From assembly GCF_009914755.1 (NCBI RefSeq), contig NC_060926.1: 64,000 nt of DNA; one strand, given 5' to 3'. The DNA is from the human T2T-CHM13v2.0 reference genome, Homo sapiens. Position numbers and translations under genes: made by a program. Positions 17,557 to 30,615 of this stretch are shown here, piece by piece. Position 1 is the first letter of the stretch. Every line of letters starts with the position of its first letter. Below the pieces are notes generated by a model. The model saw only the letters and a list, made by a program, of their open reading frames with translations. It made no database searches and was not told where the DNA came from.

Positions 17557-18324
17557 TTTTGTGAGTAGCTTTGTTCGCTACTTCTAAAGACAAAAATGTG
17601 AAAAGATATTGACCCTGAAATCTCTTGGGAAATGTGTTCATACTGCAAAAGCAGGAAAGTACATGCCTAAACATTTGACCATTGGATGAATATCTTCCTA
17701 ACTCTTTAGGAAATAATTATCTTTTCATTCAGTCAAATGCGTTGCAGACATCTTTAAGACCTTATTAAAGCCAGTTTAAAAGGAAAAATACACACATTAC
17801 ACAAATTAAGGGAAATGCTTGGAGGTATTCATTCTATATTAGAATATCATTGTCACACTTTGTAAGTATCAAGAACAGTTTATCTTCATGATCCTTTCAG
17901 AATTACCCAGACTCCTCAGGCAATGACATTTTAAAGAGGATTTGGCTGAGAATAAAAGGCTTTTGATGAAAAAAATTAATTTATGTCAGAACTGCACATT
18001 CCAAAAAGTAGCCATCTGGGAAGTTACACTGTTTTGTCGTTGATATTCTCCCTGGCTCAAGTGGAAGCTGCCCTTGGGACCTTTATATCCCACCATTATA
18101 GGCCAACATAAAAGTACAACAAGTTTTGTTCCAATAAAAAAATTCTGGATAATTATTATAATTCATTATACATGAACAATGGATTATATTATTATTATTA
18201 TTTTCAGGGCAGACTATTTGAGATGAGAAAAAACTTTAGTTACCACCTAGTCCAGTACCTCTCTTTACAAATTGGGACCACAAAAGATACCAGACTACTC
18301 TCTTAGCTTTGGAGCCAAAATTAA

Positions 18325-18640
<316 letters not shown>

Positions 18641-21600
18641 TAATTAAGACTCTTAATTTACTCCTTCTACTGTCCATGGTACAGACCTTATTGGTTTTGA
18701 TTTATCTTTTCATATTATCATATCAGTATTACAGCAAAATGAATATAGATAATAACATGAATAATAAAATACCATAATATTACTTCTAGAATTATATTAT
18801 TAAATAATATATTATTTATACTGTTATAGTATAATAGAATATTAATAATAATTTTAAAATAAAACAAATAATGAAAGGGAAATTGAAAAAATTATCATGA
18901 TAATGTCTGAAGAAAGATCAGATAAAGAGAAATTTGTGGCCAAGGATTATATTTCCCATATTTATTTTTAATGTTTTACCAATTATTCCTTTTTAACTTG
19001 CAAATATACTGAGAAATAATTATCCTACAAGAAAGTTGGTGCTCCAAATTTTTAAATACCTCACCTCAAGATTCATGGCTTCAACAAATGCTAATTTATT
19101 TTGCACACAACCTGAAGATTGGTCAGGGCTCCAGCTGCACATTTGATCACTTTTCATGGTTATATTTTACTTTCTGTATATATTTTTGTAGTAAACATGT
19201 ATGAAATAAGAATCTAACAGTATAAAAAAGTGCTGATTTAATATATTAATAATTAGCTAATTAATGTTGTGTCCAGGAAATCACAGAAGTGATTACCTAA
19301 TTCCTTAAAAGGCCTCCTAAGTTATTTCCAATAAGTACTTATTTTATCAGACCAAAATGGAAGCATAAGTCAGAAAAATAAACGTATAGACTTATTCCAT
19401 TCCTGGCATATTACCTGCTACATTGGCACAATCTTGGAAATGTATAGGGCATTCAATAGTTTTTCCTTGATTAACAAGAGACTACAGACTTTAAATTAGG
19501 TCTTCTTGCATTGGTACAGTGGAGGGTACCTCGTATATAGTACAGACAGGAGAAGAACAGGCTGAGAACAACTGCAATACAGAATAGAATTTGCTAATTA
19601 GCTACTACGACTTAAAACTTCAAATTTTTCTGTTAATTTGATTCACAGAGTGGAGTAGGATGGGATTTGTGGATGTCCAATGCCTCGGAATGTTGGGATG
19701 GCTTTTCAAGAAACCATCATTACTATCTAAATAATATGGGAACCATAGTATATGTCAAATTCTCCAAATGAGTATTGTCCACTCTTCCTGAGTGCTGTCT
19801 TCATACACTCTTGATTCAGGGGTCAACAAAACAACAGCAGCAGCAGCAGCAGTAATAACAACAACTACAAAAGCAGCATCAAAAACTATCCACTTCTCAG
19901 TTACCTTTCTGCCAATAAACAAACGTAAAATATTGATCGCAATGGAAACCTTTTGTAAATAGCAATCCTCAAGTCTTGCGTCTGGCAAAAAAGTGTTATT
20001 AACATTTAAAAGTTAAAAATATTTGTGACTTTTGGTACTTAAAACACTTATTTTTCTTAATCTTTTATCTGGAAGTGACGTTCTTAAGAGAATAAATTCA
20101 ACTTAATTTTGTTCTACCATCAGGTGCATGATTTCAGTATGATGGCCAAGCCATCTGGCTTCCATTTTCACAGGACACTAGAACTGTCTTCTTTCTTCAT
20201 TCCATACATTTAGTTTAATTCTCATAATAGCCTATTACATGTCACCACTAGACTTCTATAGAAATTTCTACTTGAGATTGCTGGTTTAATTGAGGTAAAA
20301 TTGAGATAGATAATTACTGCTAAATTTTGACTAGATATTAGCATTAATTTCAATTGACATTTTGTCTAACAAAAATGATAAAAAACAAAAACTTTGATGA
20401 AGGTTTCAAATGCTTAATATTTTCTCTAAGTACCAGGTAATTTCCTTTTCATTATTTTTGCTATTGTTTTTATTTATTGTGTTTGTGTGCATGTTTGTAT
20501 CAACTAAATGGGCCAGTCAATCTGGTGAAAAGGGTAAAGTTACTTACATGTGCATTTTCAGGCACAAACTCAATTTACCTTCAGCGACATAAAACATCGA
20601 AGGAGGGAAGCATGAAACATACATAAATAAATGTGACAAGTTGGCCAAAGACCATTTATCATCCTGGGAAATGAAGTCACATGATTTATAGTGCAGTAAG
20701 CATTTTCAAAATGTGACTTGCAATTGTCTTAAAATCAACAATATGTTCTATTCTGATTCTATTAATTTGAAAGCAAATCAAAATATAGCAAGTTTGTTTT
20801 CTAATAATTATACTTATGCAGGATTTGAAATTTAAATTTGGAAGTAAAGAAAAAGGTATTCCAGAGAATTGTAATTGAAAAGGATGCTTACTACTATAAT
20901 TTTTTATTGTAAGTTCAAGCATTCTTCAAACACCAAGTTTTATGAGACAGAGTGTAAATGTTGATATCCTGAGAGATAAATAGCCCTACATTAAAAATTA
21001 GAAAAAAGAACTTCATATATGAGACTGGATAACCTCATTTATTTTATTTTTAAAAAGGTTGCATATCTGCAAATCAAATATCCTCTGAAGAAGAAAAAAT
21101 GCATTATTCACCACAGTTTTTTTTTCTTTAATGGTTTTTTTTTCAGAAGCCTTAAGGTTTCAGATTTTGCCTGTAAATAGTAATAAACATTAGTAATGAC
21201 AATGAATAAAAATGAATGTAAATGGGTTTAATCTGACCGGTGTGATCCTGTTCAATCCTGGCTAACCAAATTCTGAAAGGCAATTTTGAAAACGAACGTG
21301 GAGTCTGAGAGATAAAAACGGTGAACCTCGGTATCTGCTAGTCTGCTGTTCAAATGGATAAACCTATGGAATGATGAGACAGGGGAGTTTGAAGAGGCTA
21401 TCTGATGCGTCACTCATTTCTCTACTCACAGATGATGGAGAAACAAAGCCCTGAGAAGAAAAACTATGTCTGCTTTTCCCCTTTGCATCAAGATATTAGA
21501 GTCAACTTTATTTGAGCTGATTGTTTTCTCAACTTCACATCCCATTCTATTGCAGTGTCTGCTCATCAAAGAGGAATGACAGATCCTCCTTCATCAACAT

Positions 21601-23123
21601 GTTTTCCTTAGGAATGGTGCCAGGATGCAGGGCATAAGTGAGAGGACAGTTCCCTTGGTTATGAGGTAACTAAAAATAGCCACCTTTGAAAGCCATCAGA
21701 GGTGAGTGTGAAGTTTGCAATCAGTTGTCCTCTTTGCCAATGTCAATCTTCTATTTCTAAAATAAACATTTTAGGAGATAAGAAATCATAAGATAGTTTG
21801 ATCTTCATTCAGTCTAGATGATTGAAAGATTCTAGTGAAGGACAGCAATAATCAAAGGCTAAATGAGAAATACACAGCAGAAGATAAGCATAGTTTATGG
21901 ACAAGGATAAAAGGACAAAACGTCCATCTGACATTTATTATAGCAAAACCTTAAAAATGTACACATGGATGTTTCATGGAGCCCTGGATGAGTCAATATT
22001 TATATTTTCTAGAGGGCCATCTTCCTGAACATCTGTATTAGAAAACAGGTCCTGAGAATTCTGTAATAATGTCTTAAACCCACCAGAACTTTGTAAGGTG
22101 AACTTCTGAAATAGCTTTACTTTTCTCACATCATTAGTTTTCAAACAGTCTCTTTTGAGTTTCTCTTTCTTGAACCTGGCAAAACCAGAATATCTTCTTA
22201 CTTACTTTTATTCAATAACAGTCTCATCGTGAGGTATGACTCAGAAAAGTCTGATATAAATTAAAACATTGTTTTCATATTCAATTTAAAGTCAGGTCAT
22301 TTTAGGCTTAACTTGGGCTAAGAAACCTAAAGGGGAGAACGGCAGCATGGTCAGATTCTTTACTATTAATTGGCCTCTTCTGTTCCCTCTCCTCTACTTA
22401 CCTATTGTCTCCAACTCAACCAGTATAAAAGTAAAAGTAAAGAAATATCAATTTCTTACTTGACTGATGTGTCATGTGCTAAAATGTTCTTTTGGTGTGT
22501 CAGATGCCAAAATACTCTTTCTTATCTCTTGGGGTGTTTTAGGGGGTCATCAGTGACCACCACCTGCTGTCCTCCTGGAGGGCTTTTGACTTTACTGTGT
22601 TCTGTGGTTGATCCGCTTCTCAATTGGCTACTAACTACCTTTGCCTTAGCTCCAGCTGCTTGCGGGACATCCTGTACAGGCTCTTTCTGTTGTGGTCATC
22701 CAGCCCTGGGGAGGAAAACCTGTAGCCAGGATTGTTGCCAGATGTTTTAAGTTTGGCTTTTTGAGAGGTTCTCACTGCCTACCAGAAATTGAGATATTTC
22801 TGCCTTGAGTAGAAGTGAATTGTGTTCTTCACTCCTTGCTTTGCCATATCAGGCAATTCTATCCAAACGTTTGCCACTAAAGCTTGCCAGGTCAGAGTCA
22901 AGCACTAGCTTCTGCATTGTCTGAACCCCAGAACTACTGATGTAGTCGTCCTCCCCAAATTTGATCTGAAATAGATGAGTTGCCCAATACTCATTGACTT
23001 CTCTCCAGAGAAATTCTTACTATCTGTCTTGTGAATCCTTAGCCTTCTCTTTAATGATCTGGTGGTGGGTGATATGTTAAAGGTGTCTGACTCAGCTTTA
23101 CAGTATTTTCATGTGTTCTCTAT

Positions 23124-23470
23124 GGCTATAACCTGAATAATTATGTTCTCTTAAATTCATATGCTGAAGTCCAGCCCCCCAAGATTATGGTATTAGCAAA
23201 TGGAGATTTGATGTGGTGATTAGGGCAAGAGGTGGAGCCCTCAGGAATGAGATTAGTGCCCATGTAAAATAGCCAACTTCCATCATTTGAGGACAGAACA
23301 AGAAGTCACCATATATCAGCCTGAAATGAGGCCCTCACAGACACCGAATCTACCAGTGACTAGATATTGGACTGCCAGGCCTCCAGAGTTGTGAAAAATA
23401 CATTTCTGATATTTTTGGACACCCAGTTTATGGTTTTTTTGTTATATAGCAACCTGGATGAACTAAGACA
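23124..23470 (+). mobile_element. MaLR solo LTR (MLT1A/MSTD-like)
   Basis: 'aaattcatatgctgaagtcc...ggtggagccctcaggaatgagattagtgccc...ggcctccagagttgtgaaaaatacatttctg...aactaagaca'. Confidence 0.8.
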
Positions 23471-24907
23471 ATATGGATGGTCCAGCACCAATAGTAAAAC
23501 TCTGCCAAAGCAGATAATTGGCTTAGTTTCGACTTTACATTATGTAATACATAGGTAGGACATTTTGCAATGTGACACAATAAGTGATAACTATTTGGAA
23601 TTAGAATTGTCTCTTTGAAAGGGATAACAATCTTAATTTTAAAATAATTTTCATATTTATTTAGTTGAATCTCACGTTCCATATTTCTCTCTTCTTCCTT
23701 CCCTACACACCTATACTCACTCTAAACTTATTATCCATGGATAATAATGCAACACAGGAACATGAATCTCAATAAGGTTCACTTGATTTCAAACAGAAAT
23801 GGCAGGCAGGAGTTGGGGAGAAGCTAATAAATAGATTCAGAAGTACCTTGAGGCATTTAAGGCCTGAAGGTATAAAAACTATGTATCAAAAAACAATAGC
23901 ACAAGTAAGAGAAAAGTCAAAGGTAAAAGTCACTCATTTCATCTGCTTCAATCTTCTCAGTCTCTTGGGTTATCTTTATCTGAAGTTATGTCTCATTGTT
24001 TTAGATAGCTTCTTGCTCATTCCGCAACATGTGCATGTGTCTCAAACGTGCTTGTTCATGGCTTCTAGCAATTCTGTTGGAAGAGGATTTCCTAGCAGCA
24101 TCTCTAGCATATGTGAGCTAAAAATTCAATAATGTATTATAACTCCTTTTATATAATACTGATAGGATGCAGACAGCAGGTATAACTTAGAGTGGTTATA
24201 GGTCCAGTTATCACTAGTATGTTCAATTAAATTATGACAGGTCTCATTCTTTGATATTATACCATGAATGACACGGCTTTAAGGCCATTTTCATGGAGCC
24301 CTGAAATATCCTAAAGAAAGGGAAAAATATTAGTAAGAATGCCTACAGTGAGACAAAGCTCTATCTGATGAAGTAAAAACATGGCAAACAACAGCTCATC
24401 ATTCAATAATTAGCAAACTAAAAATTTGTGTCCTAGTTAACCTTCTATTATTCTAACTATTTGCTTTCAGTCAAAGATTCTTTCCTGACTGTATATAAAA
24501 ATATATTTCCTGAGTTTTGCTCATGTAAAATGCAACTTCAGCAACACTGTGAAATCTGCATATACATTAATTATCTTGATAGATACAGTCAAAGCAGAAA
24601 CCCTGAGTTTAATATGTTGACATTTTAACCTTCATTAAGGAGAAATAATTTTTTGCTTGAAATTTTTCTCTCCTTCTATTGACATTAACCACTGTGTTGG
24701 CACTTGTAGCCATGTGCTGATCTGTCAGTCAATCCATTCGTAGCATTTTCGTGTCCGGATGTTGGCTGACCCAAAAAGTTAACAATAGTAATATATTCTG
24801 ATGATGATGTTGTTTGAGATCTTGGTGATTTTTAGGACCTCATGTTTACTTGAATGTCCTGCTGTCATCTCATATTTAAGAACTTTTTTTTTTTAAGCAC
24901 CATTATT

Positions 24908-25218
24908 GACTGGGCATGGTGGCTCATGACTGGAATCCCAGCACTTTGGGAGGCCGAGGCAGGCGGATCATGAGGTCCGGTGATCGAGACCTTCCTGGCT
25001 AACACGGTAAAACCCCGTCTCTACTAAAAATACAAAAAATTAGCCAGGCATGGTGGTGGGTGCCTGTAGTCCCAGCTACTCGGGAGGCTGAGGCAGGAGA
25101 ATGGCGTGAACCTGGGAAGCAGAGCTTGCAGTGAGGGCCAAGATCACGCCACTGGGCTCCAGTCTGAGCAACAGACTGTATCTCATTTTAACAGTGAGAT
25201 ACAGTCAAAAAAAAAAAA
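24908..25218 (+). mobile_element. AluY with aberrant 3' end
   Basis: AluY diagnostics 'gatcgagacc', 'ggctaacacgg', 'gaatggcgtgaacc', 'gagcttgcag'. TSD aagca(c/t)cattatt at 24895-24907 and 25219-25231. Confidence 0.95.
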
Positions 25219-26285
25219 AAGCATCATTATTTCCTGTATAATCAATTATTCCTTCAACTAATGTTTCTTTAGTAAATTTGTACCTCTCAAACAAATAAAC
25301 ATTAAGCCATTATTATATGATACAAAATTTTCAATCTTGTTAACAAGCTACACTTGTTTTCAAAAATAAAATTTCTCCAAGGAAGCTAATGATGTCAGCT
25401 ATGTTGCAATGAATAAGAACACCTAGAATGATTTGACAAAAACCATACTCAGGTAGTCATGAGTTTGCTATTGAGTTTCACTTCAATATTATTGCCATGT
25501 TTTATTTAATGAATCCATATTTGTAAAACTATATGGAAAAATAGCTGACACATAAAAAGAGCTAGATGAATGTTTATTAAGTTAGTAAAAAATAAAGCCT
25601 CAAACATGAAAGGCTGAAAGGGAGGAGAAAGACGTCTACAAATATTGATATAAAAGAACATTATGTTAAGACTATCTTTTTATTTCCTTACAGGTGCTCT
25701 GTTTAGAAAGATGACACAGCCTTTAAAAAAGTCCAGGCATAGGTATAGAGTGTCTAGTCTATAAGAAAGGCAAAAGGACAAAAAGCTACCCTCTGGGAAA
25801 ATAAAAAAAAATGTTACAAAGTTCATGTTTCACAATTAATGCATACACCAGTGGACATTATATATATGTTTGGATATGGTCTTTTTATCAGCAGTATATA
25901 GGCAATGATTAATGACTAAATTGCAGCAGAAATGCATGGCAAGTAAGATGGATGAAAAAATTCATGAATTTTTCTCTTCTTTAATGACAAATAATCTTTA
26001 CTTAAAGATAAAGATGTTTATACATTTTGGTTAATTAAGTTGTCTCGATCATAGAGGTAGTTTGATTGAATGTTAGTATACTATTTTAAAAAATAGGAGA
26101 TCTCAGGCATAAGGACCTACTTTAATGAAAAAATAATTAGGCTTAAGAATGCAAGTGCAAATGGAAGCAGATTCACAATATTATTTTAATATTAAAAATT
26201 GTTTAGCTGCCTACCAGGTGCCTGCACTCATTCTACGACTCACGATACATTGCATATATAATACAACTCTGGCCCCATCCTATGA

Positions 26286-26735
26286 ACTTTAAAGTCTTAT
26301 GTAATCTGGCCTCTGTCTGCCTCTTTGACTTTGGCTGTTGACACTCTCCCACTTACTGACCATGCCTCAGCCTCACTTGGCTTCCTTCAGTTCTTTGAAC
26401 ATTTAGAGCATCTTTTCACCTTAGGCCATTGCATTGCCCATCTTGCTGCCTAGGGTACTCTTGTGCGTACTGTCTTGAAACATCCTTCTCTAACCATCCT
26501 AAATATACAGCCACCTTCCCCAACCGTGAAGACCCTTTTTGTCATATAATCCTATTTAGTATTCTTCATAGTATCTATTCCTATCTGAAAATATTTTTAT
26601 TACAATAAGCATAGAAATTAACATTCATGAGAGCAAAAACTTGTCTAGTTTGTTATACCACTGTATCTCTGGACCCTAATATTGTATCTGGCTCCAAGAG
26701 AGTGTCTAATTAATATTTTTAAGTAAATTGAAAAA
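26286..26735 (+). mobile_element. L2 LINE 3' portion
   Basis: 'aatctggcctctgtctgcctct...cttccttcagttctttgaaca...catgagagcaaaaacttgtct...ccactgtatctc...taatatttttaagtaaattgaa'. Confidence 0.75.
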
Positions 26736-28694
26736 GAAATGAGATACATTTCTTGTATTGAAAAAGTATGAAAATTATTTTTGCCCCTCTCCTAAATATT
26801 TTCTGTTGATCATGCACAGATCCTAAAGCTACCAAATAAATAAAAATCCAGATTAATCACAATCAGATAAGATCTATGATCATTTTTGTAAGGGCAAGCA
26901 ATTTGGAAAATTTTGCAAACTGATTTTCCTGGGAAAGCTGTTTTTTCTTCTCCTTAATCTATAAATCCATTGCATCTATATCCATGTAGGAATCCACGCA
27001 TGTCTCTCTCCAAAGCACAAGAGAGAAAATACTTCCTCTTGGGATTCTCTATTTTCTGCTGATACCAATCTAACTTGGCGAGATCAGGAAAGTATATTTC
27101 GTTCCCAGGCCATATTTTTAGAAGGCTTCAGGCTAAAATGATAAAAAAAAATAAAAATAAAAATAAAAAACAATAAAAATATATTATCTCTATGAAAAGA
27201 TTTTTTAGGGAGCTTGTACAGTTTGTTTTATACTCCTTGTTCTTTGTTTTCTAAGGATAATGAGACTACGGAGTCCTCACCTCTAGACATATGAATACTT
27301 AGGAATATGATATTACTCTTGGGAGCTGGATAATTCTCCATGGTTCATCTTTATTTATCTCTATATCTCTAGAGATATTCTTCATAGTCATTCCTCGTTT
27401 TCAAAATTCATCACACAAACTTGTCCTCCAGGGCTCCTTAGGTTTTTCAGAAACAAAGTATCTTCTTTTGTTGGGTAGATATGAGTGGTTTTTATTTCCT
27501 TGAAGGAAATCAAATACATTTAAAACAAAATACATCGCTCCTTTAGCATTATAGAAAACTTTCAATGCTGTAGGTCATATAAGTATTAATAATTACAAAA
27601 TAATCACTGTCTTGACAATAGGATGGTTTTCAAATATGTTTTTATATTACATCCTTCTATATGGAAATGTGTGAAGAATTACTACTCTTGTGGATTGCTT
27701 CAAAAACACTTTGCCAGGTCATTAATTGTCAGAAATCAGAATATTTAACTGTATATTGAAATTACCCAATATATGTATTCAGTGTACATGTATTTAATAT
27801 ACTTTTTAGTGCAAATATGGGCACACATCACTTATATTTGAAAGGAACTGAGAAAGACAGAAACCTGAGTATTTTACAGAATTTATGCAAATAAAAGAGA
27901 TGACTGCCGGAAGCCAAATTAGCATCTGACTTTTAAGAAGAAACCCTCTTAAAGACAGTTTGGGGACAATCTAGAGAGTCTATATTAATTATTGCTGCTA
28001 AATATAAATGATAGCCTTTTGATGTGTATATTAAGTATTTGTGGGCACATGATATTCCTAAGACATGATAAGTAATGGGAAAACAGAGCACTGAATCCCA
28101 TCTATAAGAAGTTTTGATAATATTTTTATCCCTGGTAGTCATAGTAGTAAAAGTTTTATTGAAAGGTGAATAAGTGGATTTGAGATATTTTGCATAATGA
28201 TAAACAAAGTATATCTTGAAAATGAGAGTTGAGTATTTGGAAAATGTTAATTCTATCAATTCTTTCTGTCATAGGCTATTACTATAGGGAGCAAAATAAG
28301 TTTTGAAAGAATGTGAAATGTAAACATTGATGATAATGTTTTTTAGGTCACTTGTTTTGAAGAAAATCATCAGAAGAACTTTGAACTATAAGATATTGAC
28401 TATTAAATCATGTTATTTTCTTCATTTGTCAAAATTATTGGGATGTAGCAAATACTTGAGACTTTGAATTGAGTAGATTTTGAGTAGATTTATGAATGAA
28501 ATCAAAGGACACACAAAAACAGTGTAATTCACCCATCTGGAGACTCCACGTATGAGTTTGAAAACTTTTAGTATGTATGCCAATTAGTCCATCCAGCCAA
28601 ATAGGCACAACAATTTTCCGATAATAAGAAAAATAAGACCAAGAAGCTAGCTGGAATACTAAGAAAAACAACAGAGGGAGTTAAATTCTTCATT

Positions 28695-28979
28695 AAAATT
28701 GACCACTTCTAGAGGCCTTGCAGGAAATATTAAAATAAGTTCTTCAATGAGAATGAAAATGATATAGGTCAGAAACTTGGATCTGCATGAAGATACACCT
28801 TAAAAAAGGAAGAGCATCAGAAAAATGAATAAGTGAAGGTAAAATAAAATTTTTTTTTTTAATTTTAATTGATCTAACAGGTAAACATGTATTTAAAATA
28901 ATGATAACGTGCTTGACTATATATATAGTGTATGTGTGTGTGTGTGTATGTATATGCTTATGTATGAGAGAAATGAATA
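28695..28979 (+). mobile_element. Old L1 (L1MC/L1MD-type), ORF1 3' end and start of the inter-ORF region
   Basis: 'gccttgcaggaaatattaaaataagttcttc...aaaatgatataggtcagaaact...gaaggtaaaataaaa...aattgatctaacag' resembles the recalled L1MC/MD consensus. Confidence 0.7.
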
Positions 28980-30615
28980 TTTGCATTCAATGCTATAATT
29001 TTTTTCTCTAATATTTGCTTTCACTGCCCCCTACAAATTTTGAAAGATTATAGCTCCATTTTCATGTGGTTCAAAATATTTTTTAATTTCTCTGGAAAGT
29101 TCTTCATTGATCCATGTGTTACTTCAAAGTGTGTTCTTTAATATCCAAGTATTTTGAGTTTATTCAATTATCTTTCTGTTACTGATTTCTAGTTTAATTT
29201 TATTGTGATCTGAGAATATACACCGTATGATTTATATTCTTTCTGAGTAAGGTGTGTTGTATAGCTCAGAATGTGGTCTATCTTGGTGAATATTCATTAT
29301 GAGCTCGTGTTCTGCTGTGGACTGAAGTAGTCAGTAAATATCAATTATGTCTCATTGACTGATGGTGTTGAACTCAGCTGTGTTCTTACTGATTTGCTGT
29401 GAGCTGGATCTACCCATTTCTGATATGGTGTTGTTACAACTCAAACCATAATAGTAAATTTACTTGTTTCTCCTTGCAATTCTATCAGTTTTTACCCCAG
29501 GTACTTTCATGCTTTGCTGTTAAGTGCTATACATTAAAGATTGTTATGTCTTCTTGCGATATTGTCCCTTTTGTTTTTATGTAATACCTCTCTTTATCCC
29601 TGAAAAATTTTCTTTCTCTAAAGTCTTCTATGTCTGAAATTAATATAATCATTTCAACTTTTTTTGCTTAATGTTAGCATGTTATATCTTTCTACACCCC
29701 TTTACTTCTAATTTACAAGTGTCTTTATATTTAAGGTGTTTTTTCTTGTTGAAGAAAAACACAGTTGACCTTTGAATAACATGAGGTTAGGGTCACTGAG
29801 ACCATGCACAATTGAAAATCCATGCATAACTTTGGTTCTCCCAAAACTTAAGTACTTACAGGATACTATTGACTGGCAGTCAATCAACACATATTTTCTA
29901 CGCTATATGTGGTATATATTATATATTTACAATACAGTAAGCTACGGAAAAGGAAATATTATGAAGAAAATTGTAAAGAAGGGAAAGCATATTACTATTC
30001 ATTACATTGAAATGGATAATCGATAATCATAACAATTTGTATCCACATTGTTTTCATGTTGAGTAGGCTTAGAAGGAAAAGCAAGAGGATAAGTTGGTCT
30101 TTCTGTTGCAGGGGCAGCAGAGGCAAAAGAAAATTCACATGTAAGTAGACCTGTGCAGTTCAAACCCATGTTGTTCAAAGGTCAACTGTAGTTCAATCAT
30201 ATTTTTTAATCCACTCTGACAATCTCTGTCTTTTAATTGGTATATTTAGAGCATTGATATTTAAGGTGCTTATTGATATAGTTGAATTAATATTACTATA
30301 TTTGCTACTGTTTTCTATTTGTTGTTTTTGATCTTTATTCCTGTTTCTATCTTCCACACTTTTTCTGATTTGTGATATTAATTGAGCATTTTATATTATG
30401 TCATTGTTTCTTCTATCTTAGCATATTAGTTATACTACTTTTTAAATTTTTTATTTTTATGGTTTTCTCAGAGTAAGTAGTATACATTTACAATTAATTC
30501 AAGTTAACTTTAAAATAATGCTAAACCTCCTCACAGCTAGTTCAAGTAACTTATAATAACAGAATATTGCTAATTTCTTTCTCTCCTTCCTCGTATCATT
30601 GCTGTTATTCATTTC
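28980..30615 (-). mobile_element. Old L1 (L1MC/L1MD-type), inter-ORF region and ORF2 endonuclease region, antisense; interrupted by Tigger2a
   Basis: Reverse complement reads 'gaaatgaataacagcaatgatacgagg...ccaattaaaagacagagattgtcagagtggatt...aaactagaaatcagtaacagaaagat...tatagcattgaatgc'. Confidence 0.82.
29762..30188 (-). mobile_element. Tigger2a (MER28)-like TcMar DNA transposon
   Basis: 22-bp terminal inverted repeats cagttgacctttgaataacatg / catgttgttcaaaggtcaactg (21/22 match). TA on the right, CA on the left (decayed TA TSD). 427 bp. Confidence 0.9.

Noticed and set aside
18801-18818. 18-bp perfect palindrome taaataatatattattta
   Set aside because: Pure A/T low-complexity context.
22370-22750. 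126-aa Cys-rich ORF
   Set aside because: Non-ATG start and no recognisable motif; the region may be an old repeat relic.
25181-25192. 12-mer tctcattttaac shared between the AluY hairpin and the 54-bp repeat
   Set aside because: An AT-rich 12-mer match is plausible by chance in 64 kb and does not extend.
25670-25748. Strong-looking acceptor 'tttatttccttacag|g' at 25693
   Set aside because: Only a weak donor (ag|gtatag) follows and there is no coding support.
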